From Gnetum montanum (taxonomy: Eukaryota; Plantae; Gnetophyta): a DNA stretch of 64,000 nt. The stretch spans positions 5,404-69,403 of the forward strand of contig MNCI01001832.1 in assembly GCA_015680685.1 (NCBI GenBank). The letters run 5' to 3'. The position numbers and the translations under genes are program-made. The notes below the pieces were generated by a model. The model made no database searches. It was not told where the DNA came from and saw only the letters and a program-made list of their open reading frames with translations. Shown in pieces: positions 39,646-54,195 of the stretch. How positions within the stretch are numbered: the stretch's first letter is position 1; every line of letters starts with the position of its first letter.

Positions 39646-42269
39646 GTTATTTATCAATGTACTAATTGACCATTATATAATTTTTCTTTCAATCAACCCT
39701 AAGGTTCGTTTAAGCTCCCAACGATGTGAGTGATCTCCTATGTTCTACTTAGCGCACAAACACTTAGTCCACGGCATTGCCGCCTATGATGAGTGGCGAG
39801 GTACCCCTACACTCAACCATACGAATACGAGCGTAGCACGCGTGATCTAATCAAAATTTGTAGACTAAGTGCCTACACGCCTCATGGAACANNNNNNNNN
39901 NNNNNNNNNNNNNNNNNNNNNNNNNNNNNNNNNNNNNNNNNNNNNNNNNNNNNNNNNNNNNNNNNNNNNNNNNNNNNNNNNNNNNNNNNNNNNNNNNNNN
40001 NNNNNNNNNNNNNNNNNNNNNNNNNNNNNNNNNNNNNNNNNNNNNNNNNNNNNNNNNNNNNNNNNNNNNNNNNNNNNNNNNNNNNNNNNNNNNNNNNNNN
40101 NNNNNNNNNNNNNNNNNNNNNNNNNNNNNNNNNNNNNNNNNNNNNNNNNNNNNNNNNNNNNNNNNNNNNNNNNNNNNNNNNNNNNNNNNNNNNNNNNNNN
40201 NNNNNNNNNNNNNNNNNNNNNNNNNNNNNNNNNNNNNNNNNNNNNNNNNNNNNNNNNNNNNNNNNNNNNNNNNNNNNNNNNNNNNNNNNNNNNNNNNNNN
40301 NNNNNNNNNNNNNNNNNNNNNNNNNNNNNNNNNNNNNNNNNNNNNNNNNNNNNNNNNNNNNNNNNNNNNNNNNNNNNNNNNNNNNNNNNGTAATGCATGT
40401 GCTTGAAGTGGTCGTACTAAGGCACTTAACTAGGAGAGAAGGGTTGAGAAAGATTTAATAACTAATAAATCATGTAAATAACGAATAATAAATAAAAATA
40501 AATAAAATCCTAATTAGCCTATTCCATGCACTGCAAGGTTTATCCAAGAAGCTCATCTTTATTGTCATACAAAAACTTATGTTCAGGTACAATGTCTGCT
40601 CGAATAAAGATTCGTTCACTCTGGAGTTCCTACTGTGGGCACATGGAAATTAATCTATCTCTAGAGTGGAAAAACTGCCAAAGTTTAGCTACGGTCTAGG
40701 CCTAGAATGGGAAACAAGGGAGAGCCACCTCTTATTTATAGATATGATGGTGCACCGCGATATCGTGAGGGCTGCGATCGCGATATCACGAGGGATGAAA
40801 TATCGCAGCGGTCGCGATATCGCATACGCAATATCGTGGCCCATGCGATATCGCATCCCATCAATGTTCGTATTCACAACCTAAAACACACAACACTAAG
40901 AAAGATACATTTAATTTGAGTAAATGTTAAATTCAAGAATGTATAAGTATTTCTAGACAATTAAACAATGGCTTCCCTATCTATGGTGCCAATGATAGGG
41001 ATCCCACTAATTTTAGACCAATGGGATATCTCACACAAATTGCAGTGTGATCCAATCGTAGCCTGGAAGATGATGTTTAGTGGATTACTAAGAACACTTG
41101 TGTATATCATTATGTTCAAGATATATAAAAGAGGTTATAATACATATAATACAAATGAAAACCTACCTTTCCATGGTGAGAGATAAAAGAATATTTATAA
41201 TTCTATTTTTTATAGTTTTATGGATTTTATGAATATAAGAAACAAAATAATAATAAACATGCATGCTTTGTAATCCCTCTTAGGGATAGGTGCAATGATC
41301 GTGTTGTAATTCCTCTTGGAAAAACGTTCAATACCACACATGAAATATAATCAAAATGACTCTTGGTCATAACCTCAATGACCCAACAACATGTTATACA
41401 ATTATGACCTCCTTGGGTAAGGAAAAATTGTCATAACTTAAGAAAATATAAATTAAATAAATAAATATTATTTATTATTTTCAATGTTTAATATTTTTTA
41501 ATGTTTTAGTATTTAAGGCATCAAATGTAGAATAAGAAAAATCATAATCTTTATTCAACACACAAATATTAGACTATGCATTGATCAAATGATTCTAGGT
41601 TATGTAAGGAAGGTAGCACTTTGCCAAAGTCTAGTTGTACTTGTAAACATGATGACTCAAAACACACATAGAACAACGAAGGAAATCAACTTACCCAAGG
41701 GAGGAAGAGCTCTTCACATGAAACCAGATGCTAAAGGCTAAATAGAAAGGTTATGAATCAAGTTGTTATATGTGGGATTTTATCTCAAGTACTTATAATT
41801 TTTTAACACAATGCCAGAGGTTCGCTAGCACCTAGGCATCAACAGAGGTCTATTAGGATAGCTAGACATCCCAAAATCATACTAGATAAGACAAGAGAGT
41901 AAAGGAGACAAGCTAGGCCTACAAGGGAGGTGTGTTAGTGCCCCTTCACTAATGTAGAGTTTGCACTAATGCAGGGTAGTCATCACATCTCCTTCTGAAT
42001 ACACTTTGCTTCTAAGACTGAATGAAAGCTAGAGCACTAGGGAACATGTTGGAAGGTTCTTAAGATTCCTAAACAAGCTAGAAATACCTTGGGAAGCCCA
42101 AAACATGCACTAAACCAAGAAGCGTAAAATGGGAGCCTAGGATGCAAACCTAGAAGATAGAAACCTTCATCATATATATGAAAATCATAAACATAGGGTG
42201 TAAAATACTTCTTAAGTCCAAGGTTTATAATTGATTTACAAAATGCCACTCAACAACTCATCAAATTTT

Positions 42270-43042
42270 TAATTTATTTTTCTATAAGAGAAATACCATG
42301 GTTATAATAATTAATAAGGTTCATCCCTTCATCTTTTTTGTTGCTAGTGTAAATAACCTTCTAATTTGTCAAGCCATGCATTTAGATATCTTATAAGTAT
42401 TGTTAAGAAGAGTAATAGACCTTCAATTTCCAATATGTTGAAGATTTCCATTCTTAGGGAGAAGATAAATCATACCTTTATTAATATTTTCACCAAGAGA
42501 AACCTTTTTAATGGCTTCTTGAAAAACATGAAAAAGGTCATCCCCAATAATGTCTCAATACTTATTCAAAAATTCAATAGTAAAATCATCAAGACCTAGA
42601 GCTTTAGTATTTTCTTAACTAAAGGTTGCTACTTTAATTTCTTCTACTATAATTTTTGCTTCAAGAATACATGGATGCACTCCTATTATAACATGAGGAA
42701 TATGCATATTAGAGGCCTATAAGTATTCCATGCTAAAACCTTCAAAGAAAAATAGAAAAAAAATGACTCATTAAAAAACTATTAATAGTCTCATTATCTT
42801 TAATTATGGAATCATTAATATAAAATGATTCCAATTTAGGTACTTGACTTTTTTCTTTTAGAAATTTAAAAAATTCCTTGCAAGGTTCATCTTCAATTTT
42901 TAGCCAACCCATGCAACTTTTAGTGAAGTACTTTTAGCTTCAAAAGTATCCCAACATTGTTTAGCATAATGAGCTTTAGCGAAGGCTTTTTAAGTTTCAA
43001 AATGAAAGGAATTATAGTCTAAAATAATTTCCATTTACTTTA
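42270..43042 (-). mobile_element. L1/Tx1-like LINE ORF2 fragment (EN-RT linker and RT N-terminus)
   Basis: WLKIEDEPCKEFF; INKGMIYLLPKNGN..IGN*RSITLLNNTYKI. Confidence 0.82.
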
Positions 43043-45329
43043 TGAAATACCATTAAGAAATTTCACATTGCAATTTGTAAGCCTTCATCATAAAACCCAA
43101 GGCTAGAATTTCACTGTAAAATGTGAAGAATGTAATCCTTGAGATGCACTTTCACACACTTTTACTTTTGAGGCTAAAGAAATGCTTCATAAGTTGTTAT
43201 AGCCTAACTTCCTAGTTAAAAAAATCCTACCATGTCTATATTTTGGCTTGGGAAGGTCAACAATGCCTTTTGGGTTGCCAAAGCTGGCACTTTCATGGAT
43301 TTTGTCAGGGATGTGACCTTTACTACGCTGGAAGCACCCATGCCCAGCATTGGGGGTTTTGAATTTCATTCTCCCAACTATGACTAGTGTAATCATGATA
43401 AGGCTAGTGTTTCTACACCAAGCTAGCATTGGAGTCGATGGGAAAGCTAGTGTAGATGAAAAATCCATTTACATTTTTGGCAACCAGCATGGTTTTGGTG
43501 CCTTGGGGGCATGAAAGCCTACCATAAATAGCAGCTACATTGGAATCAAACCCTACCACACCTGCACATGACATCAATTTTCCAGTAATCATTATAGAAA
43601 TTTGCAACCATAATTTAGTAGCCATATAACCTATATAAGACAATTTCAAACACCTTGAAGAGGTTGCACCACTTTTAAATTCCTAGGCTTTTGAACTTAG
43701 AGCAAACATAAAGCTTTTAGGCAATTCTTGAGCATGGAACTCTAAACCATTCGAAACACTTGTAATCTTGAGGATGGTGTGAGAATTTTTGGAGTAACAC
43801 TGGACTACATGGGAATCAAGACTCCTAGTGTGGTACCTCTTATATGAAAAAATTACTTCACACACCTTAATCCCCCTATGACTAATGTTGCGGACCTATG
43901 AAAGAAACTTGCCAGGATTTTTTATTTTGGGAGTTTGGGAGTACCTGGATCATGGAGTTGACTATGATGTGCAAGACTACTAGCTTCAATAGGCTTCAAA
44001 CTCTACCAAAGCAAACCCCTTGTGCATCAAGACACCATTTGTACACATTTTGAACTTTGTTTATTTACAATACTTTCATTGTAATAAAATTCATAGTTCA
44101 TTCCCCTGTAAAGTTCTTATAATTTTATTTTGTGCATTTATTTTCTATATTAGATCTATCATATTTTAAATTTTATTTACCATTGTTTACATCTCTCAAG
44201 TCGCTGGGTGATCAACCAGACCATCCAAGGCATCTTAGATTCTCTTTCTTAGATGCCCTTGGGATCCAAGGCTAAAACTATTCTACGCCTATGATTTTTG
44301 ATTTTCCAATGATTAAATTTTTTAGGCATAATAATTTTCTAGTGATAAACAAAGCACCTCCATCCAAATTCTACATCCAATCCCATTTTTCCATTTTAAT
44401 AACATTTTTTTCAATTTGAAAACATTAAATTTACATTAGATATCTTTAAACATTGATAAAAATTTTCTTGCAAGATAAATCAACATTGCAACCCATTTTC
44501 CTACCACCAAAACCCAGTGTTGAGGTCGCAAGTGATTTGGATTTTAGGAATTTTGTTTACAACAATTACTAGACCTTTTAATGCTAGCATGGTTGCCAAT
44601 CAAAGCTACCTTTGTGTATTCCAAAGGCCAACGTTGCTCTACCACAACCACTCAAACACCCCTACTATGAAATTTTCCAGCAGTGCTAGCATTGGTCCTT
44701 CTCCATCCATCAATGTAGCCTTTAAAAAGACAAAATTTTTTCATTTACAATTTCAGAAACATACATTATTCTTACCAACAAGTTGAACCCCAATGCAGGG
44801 CAAGTGGATGAGGTGGTTGTTAACATCTTATCCCCTTTCCCCCTCTAACATAGCCACTATTGCAATAGCTAGCGCAGTTGGTGTTTTCAACATAAAACCA
44901 TTGTATCTTCTTAAGTATAGGGCATATCCATTGGCACTATAACCTACACTGCATTTTTGCAATTGCAATTTATAACATTTTATAGCCATACCACTTTTGC
45001 ATCTCGAACAATTCCACTTGTTGGAGTTTTGATTTAATTAATTAATTATAAATTTTATTGAACCAAATTTAAAATAGTAACCATGTCTTTTAGCCAATCA
45101 ACTATCCTATTCCTTAACTTGATTAGTATGGCATCTAACTAAGATGCTATGAGTGTTTATGACCCTAAAGACCCTACTATGGCTAAGTGTAGGTAATCAC
45201 TTATGCTAAGGGGGAAAAGTATGATTTTTCCATCATCAATGAAAATTTTTATAATTTCATTTATGCCAAAATCTAGGCAAGTCTACTAATTCCATGTAGA
45301 ATTCAATGTGAGTATGAACTCATTTACCA

Positions 45330-47440
45330 CAATGGGAAAGAATACATCCCTTTCCCATATAACAAAATACCACTAATCGATGCTCATACACACATTCTAT
45401 CTCATCTAATTGAGATGGATGAGCAAGATGAAGAGTTAAGCTTTCAGGACTAATATGAAGAACAAGATGAGTTTGAAGTCAAACCTAAACCAAAAAACTT
45501 CCTAGGAAGCCTTTCTCAATAGTTAGCCTCCCAAACCACCACAACTACTTTGGCCTCTTCTATCACCTCTATGAGATAGGTACCTCAACCTTCATCTTCT
45601 ATGATCCCATCATATTTGGACTGGCACCCATTATAACAACTCACTAGGTAGAATTTGTGCCCCAAACACCACTTCTCTTCTCCTCTATGCCTTTTTCCAC
45701 CTAGCCTTGATCTACATGGCCATCACCCATAATCATAACTACTGTGCATCCATTCTCTATGTTGACAGGTCCCACAGTGGGAACTCAAGTGAGGAAAGAA
45801 TCACATGTACCATTTGTGCCCTTTATTCCACAAGTGCTAACTCAAACCTCTTTCTCCTTGTTTAACCCACCTATGATGGTGGTTACATGACCTCTCCCCT
45901 CTATGACAATGCCAATTGTATAGCCTCAAGCTTCACAACTCCACCCTCGACCATTAATACAAATATCGTATCCCATAGGGATGCCCCAAATCTTGGATCA
46001 AGCCTTCCAAATGATCCAAGATGTTACTGAAGAGCTGCAAAAACTCAAGGCCAATACAACTTAGATGGTCGAGGTTTTAAATTTTACCAAGATGATCTTA
46101 TAAGTCCTATGGTGTCTCAAATAGCCTTACCCATAAGATTTCCTACTCCAAACTTTACCAAATACAATGGTAAAGGAGATCCCAATGCACATTTAGTCAT
46201 CTTCCAATTCAAGTGCCTCTTTTTGCAATCTTGGCCTCATACAATATTGAGGATTTTCCCTGTCCCTCAAAGGTAAGGCTCTAGATTGGCATCAAGTTTT
46301 ACCTAGAGGTTCTATCTCTTCCCTTAAGGACCTGATAAACCAACTTGTTAACGACTTCAAATATAGCTTGAAGATGGATGCCACATTGGATCAACTGATG
46401 AAGGTGAAGCAAAGGCCACTTGAACTAGTCAAAAGGTTCATTCAAAGATGGAATTTAACACCCAATGAGATTCCAAAATTCATCTCTAAAACTCACCTCT
46501 TAGCCATATATAAGGAATTAGTAAATGATTTTATCAAATTGAAGCTTTATTACCTAGAGCCATGGTCACTAAGCCAAGCCTTTTTACAAACCAAGAACAT
46601 TGAAAAGGTAGCTACGGCTAGCAACGATCCAACCTATGTGCCATATCAAGACCAACATGTGAAGAGGGATAGTAATAAAAATAAACAAGAACACACAACC
46701 ATTACCATGGTAAGAAAATATTCAAAACAAGTAGAGAGGAGGGGATCACCACCATGCAACACATCTTCTGACTCATCACAACCATCCACTTCCTATGCCC
46801 CAAATCAACCAAGATCAAACTTTGGACGAAAAGATATGTTTATGTATGCAAGATTACCTATGAAGACCTCTAAGCTTTTGGACCAATTTCTTAAAGACAG
46901 CTATGTACAACATAAGATAGCATCTAAGGAGGCTTGTATGAGACATGATCATCTTTATGACATAGCTAGAGACCCAACAATAGCAACCAAAGATGATTTG
47001 AAGCTATCAAAGTACTTTAGACTAGATAGGTATTTCCATTATCATCAAATGGTTGGTCATGACATTGATTTTTTCCTAACATTAAAGGATGACCTCTAGA
47101 AGATGATAGACCATGAAGAGTTGGTGATGAATGAGTGTAGCTCTCTAAGCACCAACAACAACTCTTACACAATAGTCTCATTCATAGAAATCAAATAGAT
47201 GCTAGACCATCAAGAGAGTCTCATCTCCTATACATCAAGAGATTCGTTTTCCCTATGAAGAAGGGAAAATTGTCATTCATGGAGACAACATGTCACTACC
47301 TTCAATTAACTATGTCAACATTGACCAAGGTTCAAAGGTGAAATTTCAAGAAGAATATCTTGGTACTCAAACTGGAACCACCAACAATGAAGACAACAAT
47401 GATGCTAGCAATATCAACTTTGTGACATGGGATGGTTAAT
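45330..47440 (+). pseudogene. gag: Element E gag (Retrotrans_gag, Tat/Ogre type)
   Basis: FTKYNGKGDPNAHL, SLKGKALDW, LMKVKQRPLELVKRFIQRW and YHQMVGHDIDFFLTLKDDL. Confidence 0.85.
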
Positions 47441-50400
47441 GAAAATGCATGTAGCTTGCCATGTTGAACAAGAGAGATGGTGAGCGAAAGATCATGCCAA
47501 AGGGACTCATTGATCTATTGAAGATCAAGCAACAAGTTTTTAGTAAATGTCTTTTCCCTTATTTGGTTAATAATTGGTTGTTTACCTTTACAATGTTATA
47601 TCATGTTTCAATATTAGCTCTGGCCTTATATGTTCTTTCGAGAGCATCCCATACTTGCTAGGCAAGTATGGACCATGGCCTAATAATGCCTTAAACTAGC
47701 ACCACTATGGCCCACTATGACCTAAAACTAGTCAAATGTTCATAACTTGTTTACAACTTAATTTGCATTTTAGTTGCCTAGTCAATTTACATATTACTTT
47801 ACCAAATTATTACATTAAAATGCATGATTTAATTAAATGTAGACCTATAACATGAATGAAATGTAACATGTATGACATGCATAAAACATTAAATAATAAA
47901 ACATACAAAAAAAATTAAAGTTTTAAAAATAATAGCCAAAATGTCTGTAACACATAGCCATAATCACAAAGGTTCAAACAATGTATATAAGTTCAACAAC
48001 CATAGCTACATTGTGGTGCAATAATATAAAAAATAGTAAACTGTCTCTTAAAAACCAATGGCTAATACTAGTCACAACATAAATAACATCAACAAAAAAT
48101 ATAAATAGCCAAAGACATAACCAACTAATGGTGCTAACATGCAACTAGATGTGGTTGAGGAGCACTTCCAACGTCATCACCATTGAAGCAACTATCATCA
48201 TCTATAGCCTACAAATAACCAAAATTCAACATGTTAATAATCAATAGAGGCTTTAAAATTACAATAAAAATATCAAAAATAGACCAACATTTCTTGTACA
48301 GCTAGGGGATTTTTCTATTACAATAGACAAAATTGCTATTGTACAAGGCCTATTTACACCTACATGAAAATGACAAAGTTGAACTAAAAAAATTTTTCTA
48401 AGTCTATGGACTTTGCATGCATAAAATTCAATAAAATTCAACATCTACACTCCAGTTCCAAGTCTAGAAAAAATTTAAATAGCAACCCAAAACCATAACA
48501 AAATTTCACAAAAAAAATTACAAAAACCAAAAATCGTAGAAAATGACTGCATTAAATTATTGAAAACAAATATGGAAAAATTTTCAAAATTGCTAAGATC
48601 AATACCAAACCCTTCCTAACACATCAAAGCATCCTCAAAGCATCCCTAAGGAGTTGGGATGTTTGTAGAGAAAAAATTTCTGTGTCAACATTGCCTAGTT
48701 TTGAGGGGGTAAAGTAGTAAAAAACCAAAAATCCACTATGCACTAACTTATGAAAAAATTCATAGAAAATCAATAGCAAGTCAAAATTCAATGGTTTCAT
48801 AGCTATTTTAACTATTGAATAGTAATAAATAAATCCATAATTCCAAAAACCAAAAATTCTATGTCATTTTCATGTTAAAAATGGAAAACGTGCCATTGAA
48901 AATAGCAAAAAAATGAAAACCCACTATGCACTAACTTATGGAAAAATTTGTAGAAAGTTAATAGTAAGTAAGAAAGTAGTAGTTCAACGACCATTTCAAC
49001 CATTAAAAAGCATACAACAAACCTATGGCCCCAAAAATTTAAAATTCCTAGCCATTTCCTTATGAAAAAATTGAAAAGAGGCACTACTTTCTCATAGGAA
49101 ACAACAAAAATTACACAAAACATGGCCAAACAAAAATTTTTAACTTAGCATAAATCACTCTTAGAGTTAAATCAATGCTATAAGCATGTAATCAAGACCA
49201 AAATATAGCATAGGAGTTTTGTAAAAACAAAAATCATGTAAGATACAAGCCTACACAAGCCAAAACGCCTAGGTTCTAAGTAAGAAAATTACAAAAATTC
49301 ATGCAAAAAAGGCTAGAGATGTGTACCTAGAAGTCATAATAGTTGAACCTTCCCCAAGTAGAGGCCATGGTAGAGTGGAGAGTCCCTTGGTAGCTGCATC
49401 TACCTCCTCCAAGATTGGATTCTTGCTTGTTGGATCTCTCCTCTTCAACATCTTAAATCAAGTAATCGAAAATGCCCAAAATCTGCAACTCCTTTTCCAA
49501 CCTCCTTGCAGCCGTGCCCCTCCTTGAGAAAGAATGATTAAGAAACACTAAGGATTAATGGGATGGAAAAAAATTTTTGCAACAGCTCTTAAACTATGGG
49601 GTACCTTGTAAAAAGGGGTTTGGCAAATTTAACAAGTTAAAACCAATTCTACACCTATGCACCCCCTTCTAAAACCCCTTGTTCAAATCATTCACTTAAC
49701 TCATAGTGAATTGATAGTACAAAGGGGGAAAGTTCTAGATATGTTGGGATGGTGCAAAGCTAAAACCAAAAATACCATTTAAATTTGGATGGACCCCATT
49801 GGAAGCCTCCCAAGCAATGGGATTCACAACCCAAGTCCCATCTCTGCTAGGGTTGAACTCCCATGAAGCCTTGGAATGCATTCTTGAACTCAAATCCCAC
49901 CTTACCTCTACTAGTCAACATGGATCCAGAATGGGACAATCCATCCCTACCATAACACATAAAACCCCAAGAACTCCATACCAAATTTGGAAACTAGATG
50001 CCAACATGTGCAAGTGCTAGACCCCATGAGGGATAAGAACTCATCATTGAACCTACTATTTTGGGTAACAAAATTGACCAAAATCCCAACCACATTGGCC
50101 ATCATTGCTCCATGGCAATAGTACTTCCAAACATCAACCAAAACTCAATTTAGTTCTGAATAACCTTGTAAATCCTAAAACCCCAATAGAGGCATCCAAT
50201 AGCATCAAAACTTGATCAAACCCAACAAAAAGTAATTAAAAACCATGGATTATAGTTGAGCCACATTGGGGGGCATCCCAACCATGCTAGCTAGTGTGGT
50301 TCTGACATGGTAGGATGGGGTGTGAATATAAAATACCAAAACTAACCACTAATCATAGCCTCTATGCCTTTCAAAAATCTCTAGTAACAAAAAATCAAGT

Positions 50401-53400
50401 AAAAATAAGTTAAATTTCATGTCAACCATCCTACCCACTCTAACAAAGCCCTCACCCATGTTGGCTAGCATGGGTCTAGCATGGGTGCTCTCAGAAAATC
50501 CATGAAAAATCCTTGAATGCATCAAATCAACCTCAAAACTCACCCTTCTAATCTTAAAACCTTGTCCAAGCCTCCAAGGATTACTGAATCACAAAAACTA
50601 AGTCAAAATGGCACAAACTCTTTATTTCTTCTTCATCCACACTAAGACGACATTGGTGAATGTTGTCCATGGAGGAATGACCACACAAACACTCAAACAA
50701 ACTTCAAAATAAACAAAAATAAGTTAAAACCTTGTCTATTGACACCAAAAACCTCAAGAACTTAAGAACTTGGTCAATTCCATACCAAAACCTACCAAAA
50801 GGCAAAACCTAAGTGCACCCATGCTGAAGAAGGCCAAAGCCATGTTGGCTAGCATGGCTTTAGCATGAATGAGGTTTTTAACTAGTTCTACCAATCCCAC
50901 AACACACCAAACAACCTAAAGCTTAACTCAGTAATTCTAGAATCTCAAAGCCTTAAAACCAACTATAATTTAGCCTTGTTTCAGCCATAAAAACACCATA
51001 TCTTGTACATCCATGCTAGAGTCACCCCCAACCATGCTGGCCAGCATGGCTCTAGGGGGTAAGATCCCAAAAGCCACTTTTTTTTGTAAATTTCAATTCC
51101 AAGATGCTCACTTCTAACCCTCATGACCTTGCCCTATCATTGGAAGTCCATAGAACATAAGTTTTGACCTTAGGATACCATAAATTCAATTTTCTCATGC
51201 ACCCATGCTAGGGACATGCTGGCCAACATAGTCCTAGTGTGGATGGAAGTTCTAGGTTTCATTTATGACTTCCAAGTGGTCAAATCAACATCACAATTGA
51301 TAAAACTTCATCCATGATGCATTGCACTAACCATGCAGACCAACAAGACCCAAAACTGACCATCGTCAACCTAGAAAATCACATTTCCATCCTATCTACA
51401 TTGGGGCTCATTGTGGGTGCCTAATAAAACCTCATCTTTAAACCTAAAATGCCTTGAAACAACCTCTTTAGGTGCCCAAATTCACCTGTCAACCTTGTAG
51501 CCTTCCACAATAGCCTGCCAAGGCCTAATATTGGCAAAATCTAATCCTGATTGATCAATATTAATCATGTCTCCCACCTTGACACATTTTAGCCTTATTT
51601 CATGATGTTTCAAATTTTTTTGACCTTATTATGTATTGTTGACCTTTATTGATAAATCATTTGGTCCAATTTTCATCATTTTAGCATCATTTGTGCCCTA
51701 TCCCACCAAATGTTTCTATCATTTGGCACCATCTAACCTTGATTGATAGGACCTAACATTAATCCATGTTTCACCTTGGTATGACCCTAATTAACCTTGT
51801 TCTATGTCATTCTATGGGGTTCAACCATCACTCAATCATCATTAGGCTTCATTTAACCCCATTTGATCATCATTTAGGTATCATTTGGTCCTTATTTCAT
51901 GCTAGTTAGTCTTTGATTTATCTTATTTATTTGTCCTTCTCTTTTGTGACCCTTTTTATCATGCTTTGGCCCTTTTTGACATCATTTATCATTTGATGGG
52001 GCTCAACCATCATTTGATCATAGTTGAGCATCATTTTTCCCTTGTTTGACCTCATTTCATGCTCTTCAATCTTCAATGCACCTTATCAACTTTAGATCTC
52101 CTTATATGGCCTATTTTGATTATGTTTTAACATTAAAAAACATAATTGAATGGATTTTTACCATCATTAGACCTTCATCTACCTTCATTCTATCATCATT
52201 TGGCCTTCATTTGACCTTATTTAGCCTTTATTTCATCCCACTTATTTAACCTACCTCTTATAGCCCTTGGTGGCCTTGTTTGCACCTTATTTGACCATTG
52301 ATGCAATGTGTTTTATCTTATCCATGCATTATTACTAAAATATTTTACATTATTTTGGCATTATTTACTCATTTTATTACACAGGTGCCACTTGATGTGC
52401 TTATGTTGTCATGCATGAATGAGCTAGGAGGATAAGGGAGCAAATTCAACTAGCCTTAAATCCTAGATGGGTTGTTAGACCAAGTTAACCTTATGTACCT
52501 AAAACTTAAGCTTGAAACCATTCTACTATACAGTCATAATACCCTAAAGTAGCCTGATGACCATTGACCTTAAAGCCAAAAACATCATAGAGGGTTCCTT
52601 AGTCAAAGTTTCCATCTAGATGATGATGGAGAGGAGAAAATATTTGAAACCAAGTTCCTCACTAGAACTTAAACCTACTCAAGACAACATCAAACCCTTG
52701 CTATGCAACATTAAAGCAATCACATAGCCCTCATTACATCTAACACTCACATGTTTGCTTGTAGTATTGTCTACCATTATTGATAGGTTTGGAATGAATG
52801 GTCGATGTTATGACTTCGATGATCTACAATAAGTGAGCCTACATGCTTTCTCTCTCAATCTCTCTATTTGACATAATAAATGAACTACAAGTTTTGTAAA
52901 TCTAATGTACATTGCACAAACTTTCCTATGTTATAATGATGATGACCTATGGTGATCTAGTTTTCTAATTGTCTCATGTGGCCTTATGCATTATCATGTA
53001 ACAACATGCTTTCTTTGTCTTATTTTCTTGTCCTCTTGGAGTTTTTCTTGCAATATGAAGCCTAAAGTCATATCAAAGATGCAACTCATCATGGCAATAA
53101 GTTACCACATGACCTTGATGCATGAGACTGGTAGCTTATTCTGCCTTACCAAGAGTGCTTGCTTCACATCCCATCTATTACCCTTGTTAAGCCCAACCCC
53201 ATAGCCTAATTATAACCTTCCTTACCTTAAACAATAGTGATGACCTATCTTTCACACTCATGTGTTGTGTCCATAGGACATTTCCTTCATCATGCTTCAT
53301 TATCAAGTCTATTGAATGTAACAGAAAAACCAAATCAAATCTGGCCTTGGTAATGAAACCAAATGAAGGTTTTAAATTGAAAAAAAAAGAAAATGGGAAA

Positions 53401-54195
53401 GAAAATTACCAAGAAGTTGAAAGACCAATGAAGATCAAAATACAAATCAATGGCTTCAAACACACAAAGGGAGAAGCCTAATGGTCAAAGAAACCTGGGA
53501 GCAAGATGTTAGTTCCTCAAGAACATTACTAAGTGATTATATCTCAAAAACATGAAGCATGAAGACCTCATTGACCATTTTAACTGATCATTTCCATAAC
53601 TATAATGATGGTGTCAGCATTTAGAACTCATTATTAACCTTGTGACCACTCCTTTATAGCCAAATATAGTCTTTATCCTCTATTATTTCATCATAAGCAC
53701 TCTTTGGCATGGTTTGACACTACTAAATCAATCATGGAGAGGGAAGGTTGGTGATGGACCTACAGTGGAATTTTGTATTGTTTGTCTATGTATCTCAATT
53801 CAATCCTCCAAACATCAACAAAGAGGAGCCAATGAAACACCACCAAGAAATTTCATGTTGCAATTTGTAAGTCTTCATCATAAAATTTGAGGCTAAAATT
53901 TCATTGTAAAATGTCATGCAATTTCACATAATTTAACTTTTGGGGCTAAAAAATGCTTCATAAGTTATTATAGCCTTACTTTCCAAGTGGAAAGCAGCCT
54001 ACCATGTCTATATTTAGGCTTGGGAAGTTCAAAAATGCCTTTTAAGCTACCAAAATTGGCATTTTCATGGATTTTGTGGGATGTATGACCTTTACTACAT
54101 TGGAAGCACCTATGCCTAGTGTTGGGGGGGGGGGGGGGGGGGNNNNNNNNNNNNNNNNNNNNNNNNNNNNNNNNNNNNNNNNNNNNNNNNNNNNN

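Larger units (their letters stand above)
33458..40863 (-). mobile_element. Younger Athila-like element C, non-autonomous (gag-protease, no RT/RH/INT)
   Basis: LTRs 33458-34270 and 39787-40863 (the latter has an N gap), TG...CA termini, TSD ATGTT (33453-33457, 40864-40868). PBS-like GGCGGCAATGCCGTGGACT (~39766-39784); PPT TTAGTCATGGGGGTA (34271-34285). Confidence 0.93.
24412..42263 (-). mobile_element. Old Athila-like element D (LTR family Y), gag-protease only, hosting element C
   Basis: Homologous LTRs 24412-25612 and 40993-42263; PPT 25613-25627; PBS-like TGGCACCATAGATAGGGA (40974-40991). Gag ~32000-33400, protease ~30700-31100. No matching TSD. Confidence 0.75.

Noticed and set aside
39793-40458. 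Long ORFs of 174-221 aa
   Set aside because: They span the N gap.
44223-44265. Hairpin GGCATCT...AGATGCC as a terminator
   Set aside because: A short imperfect stem inside an LTR; intrinsic terminators do not apply in this context.
54124-54195. Poly-G run (G-quadruplex candidate)
   Set aside because: It abuts an N gap and the 5' LTR has only 5 G at this position, so it is likely a sequencing artefact.
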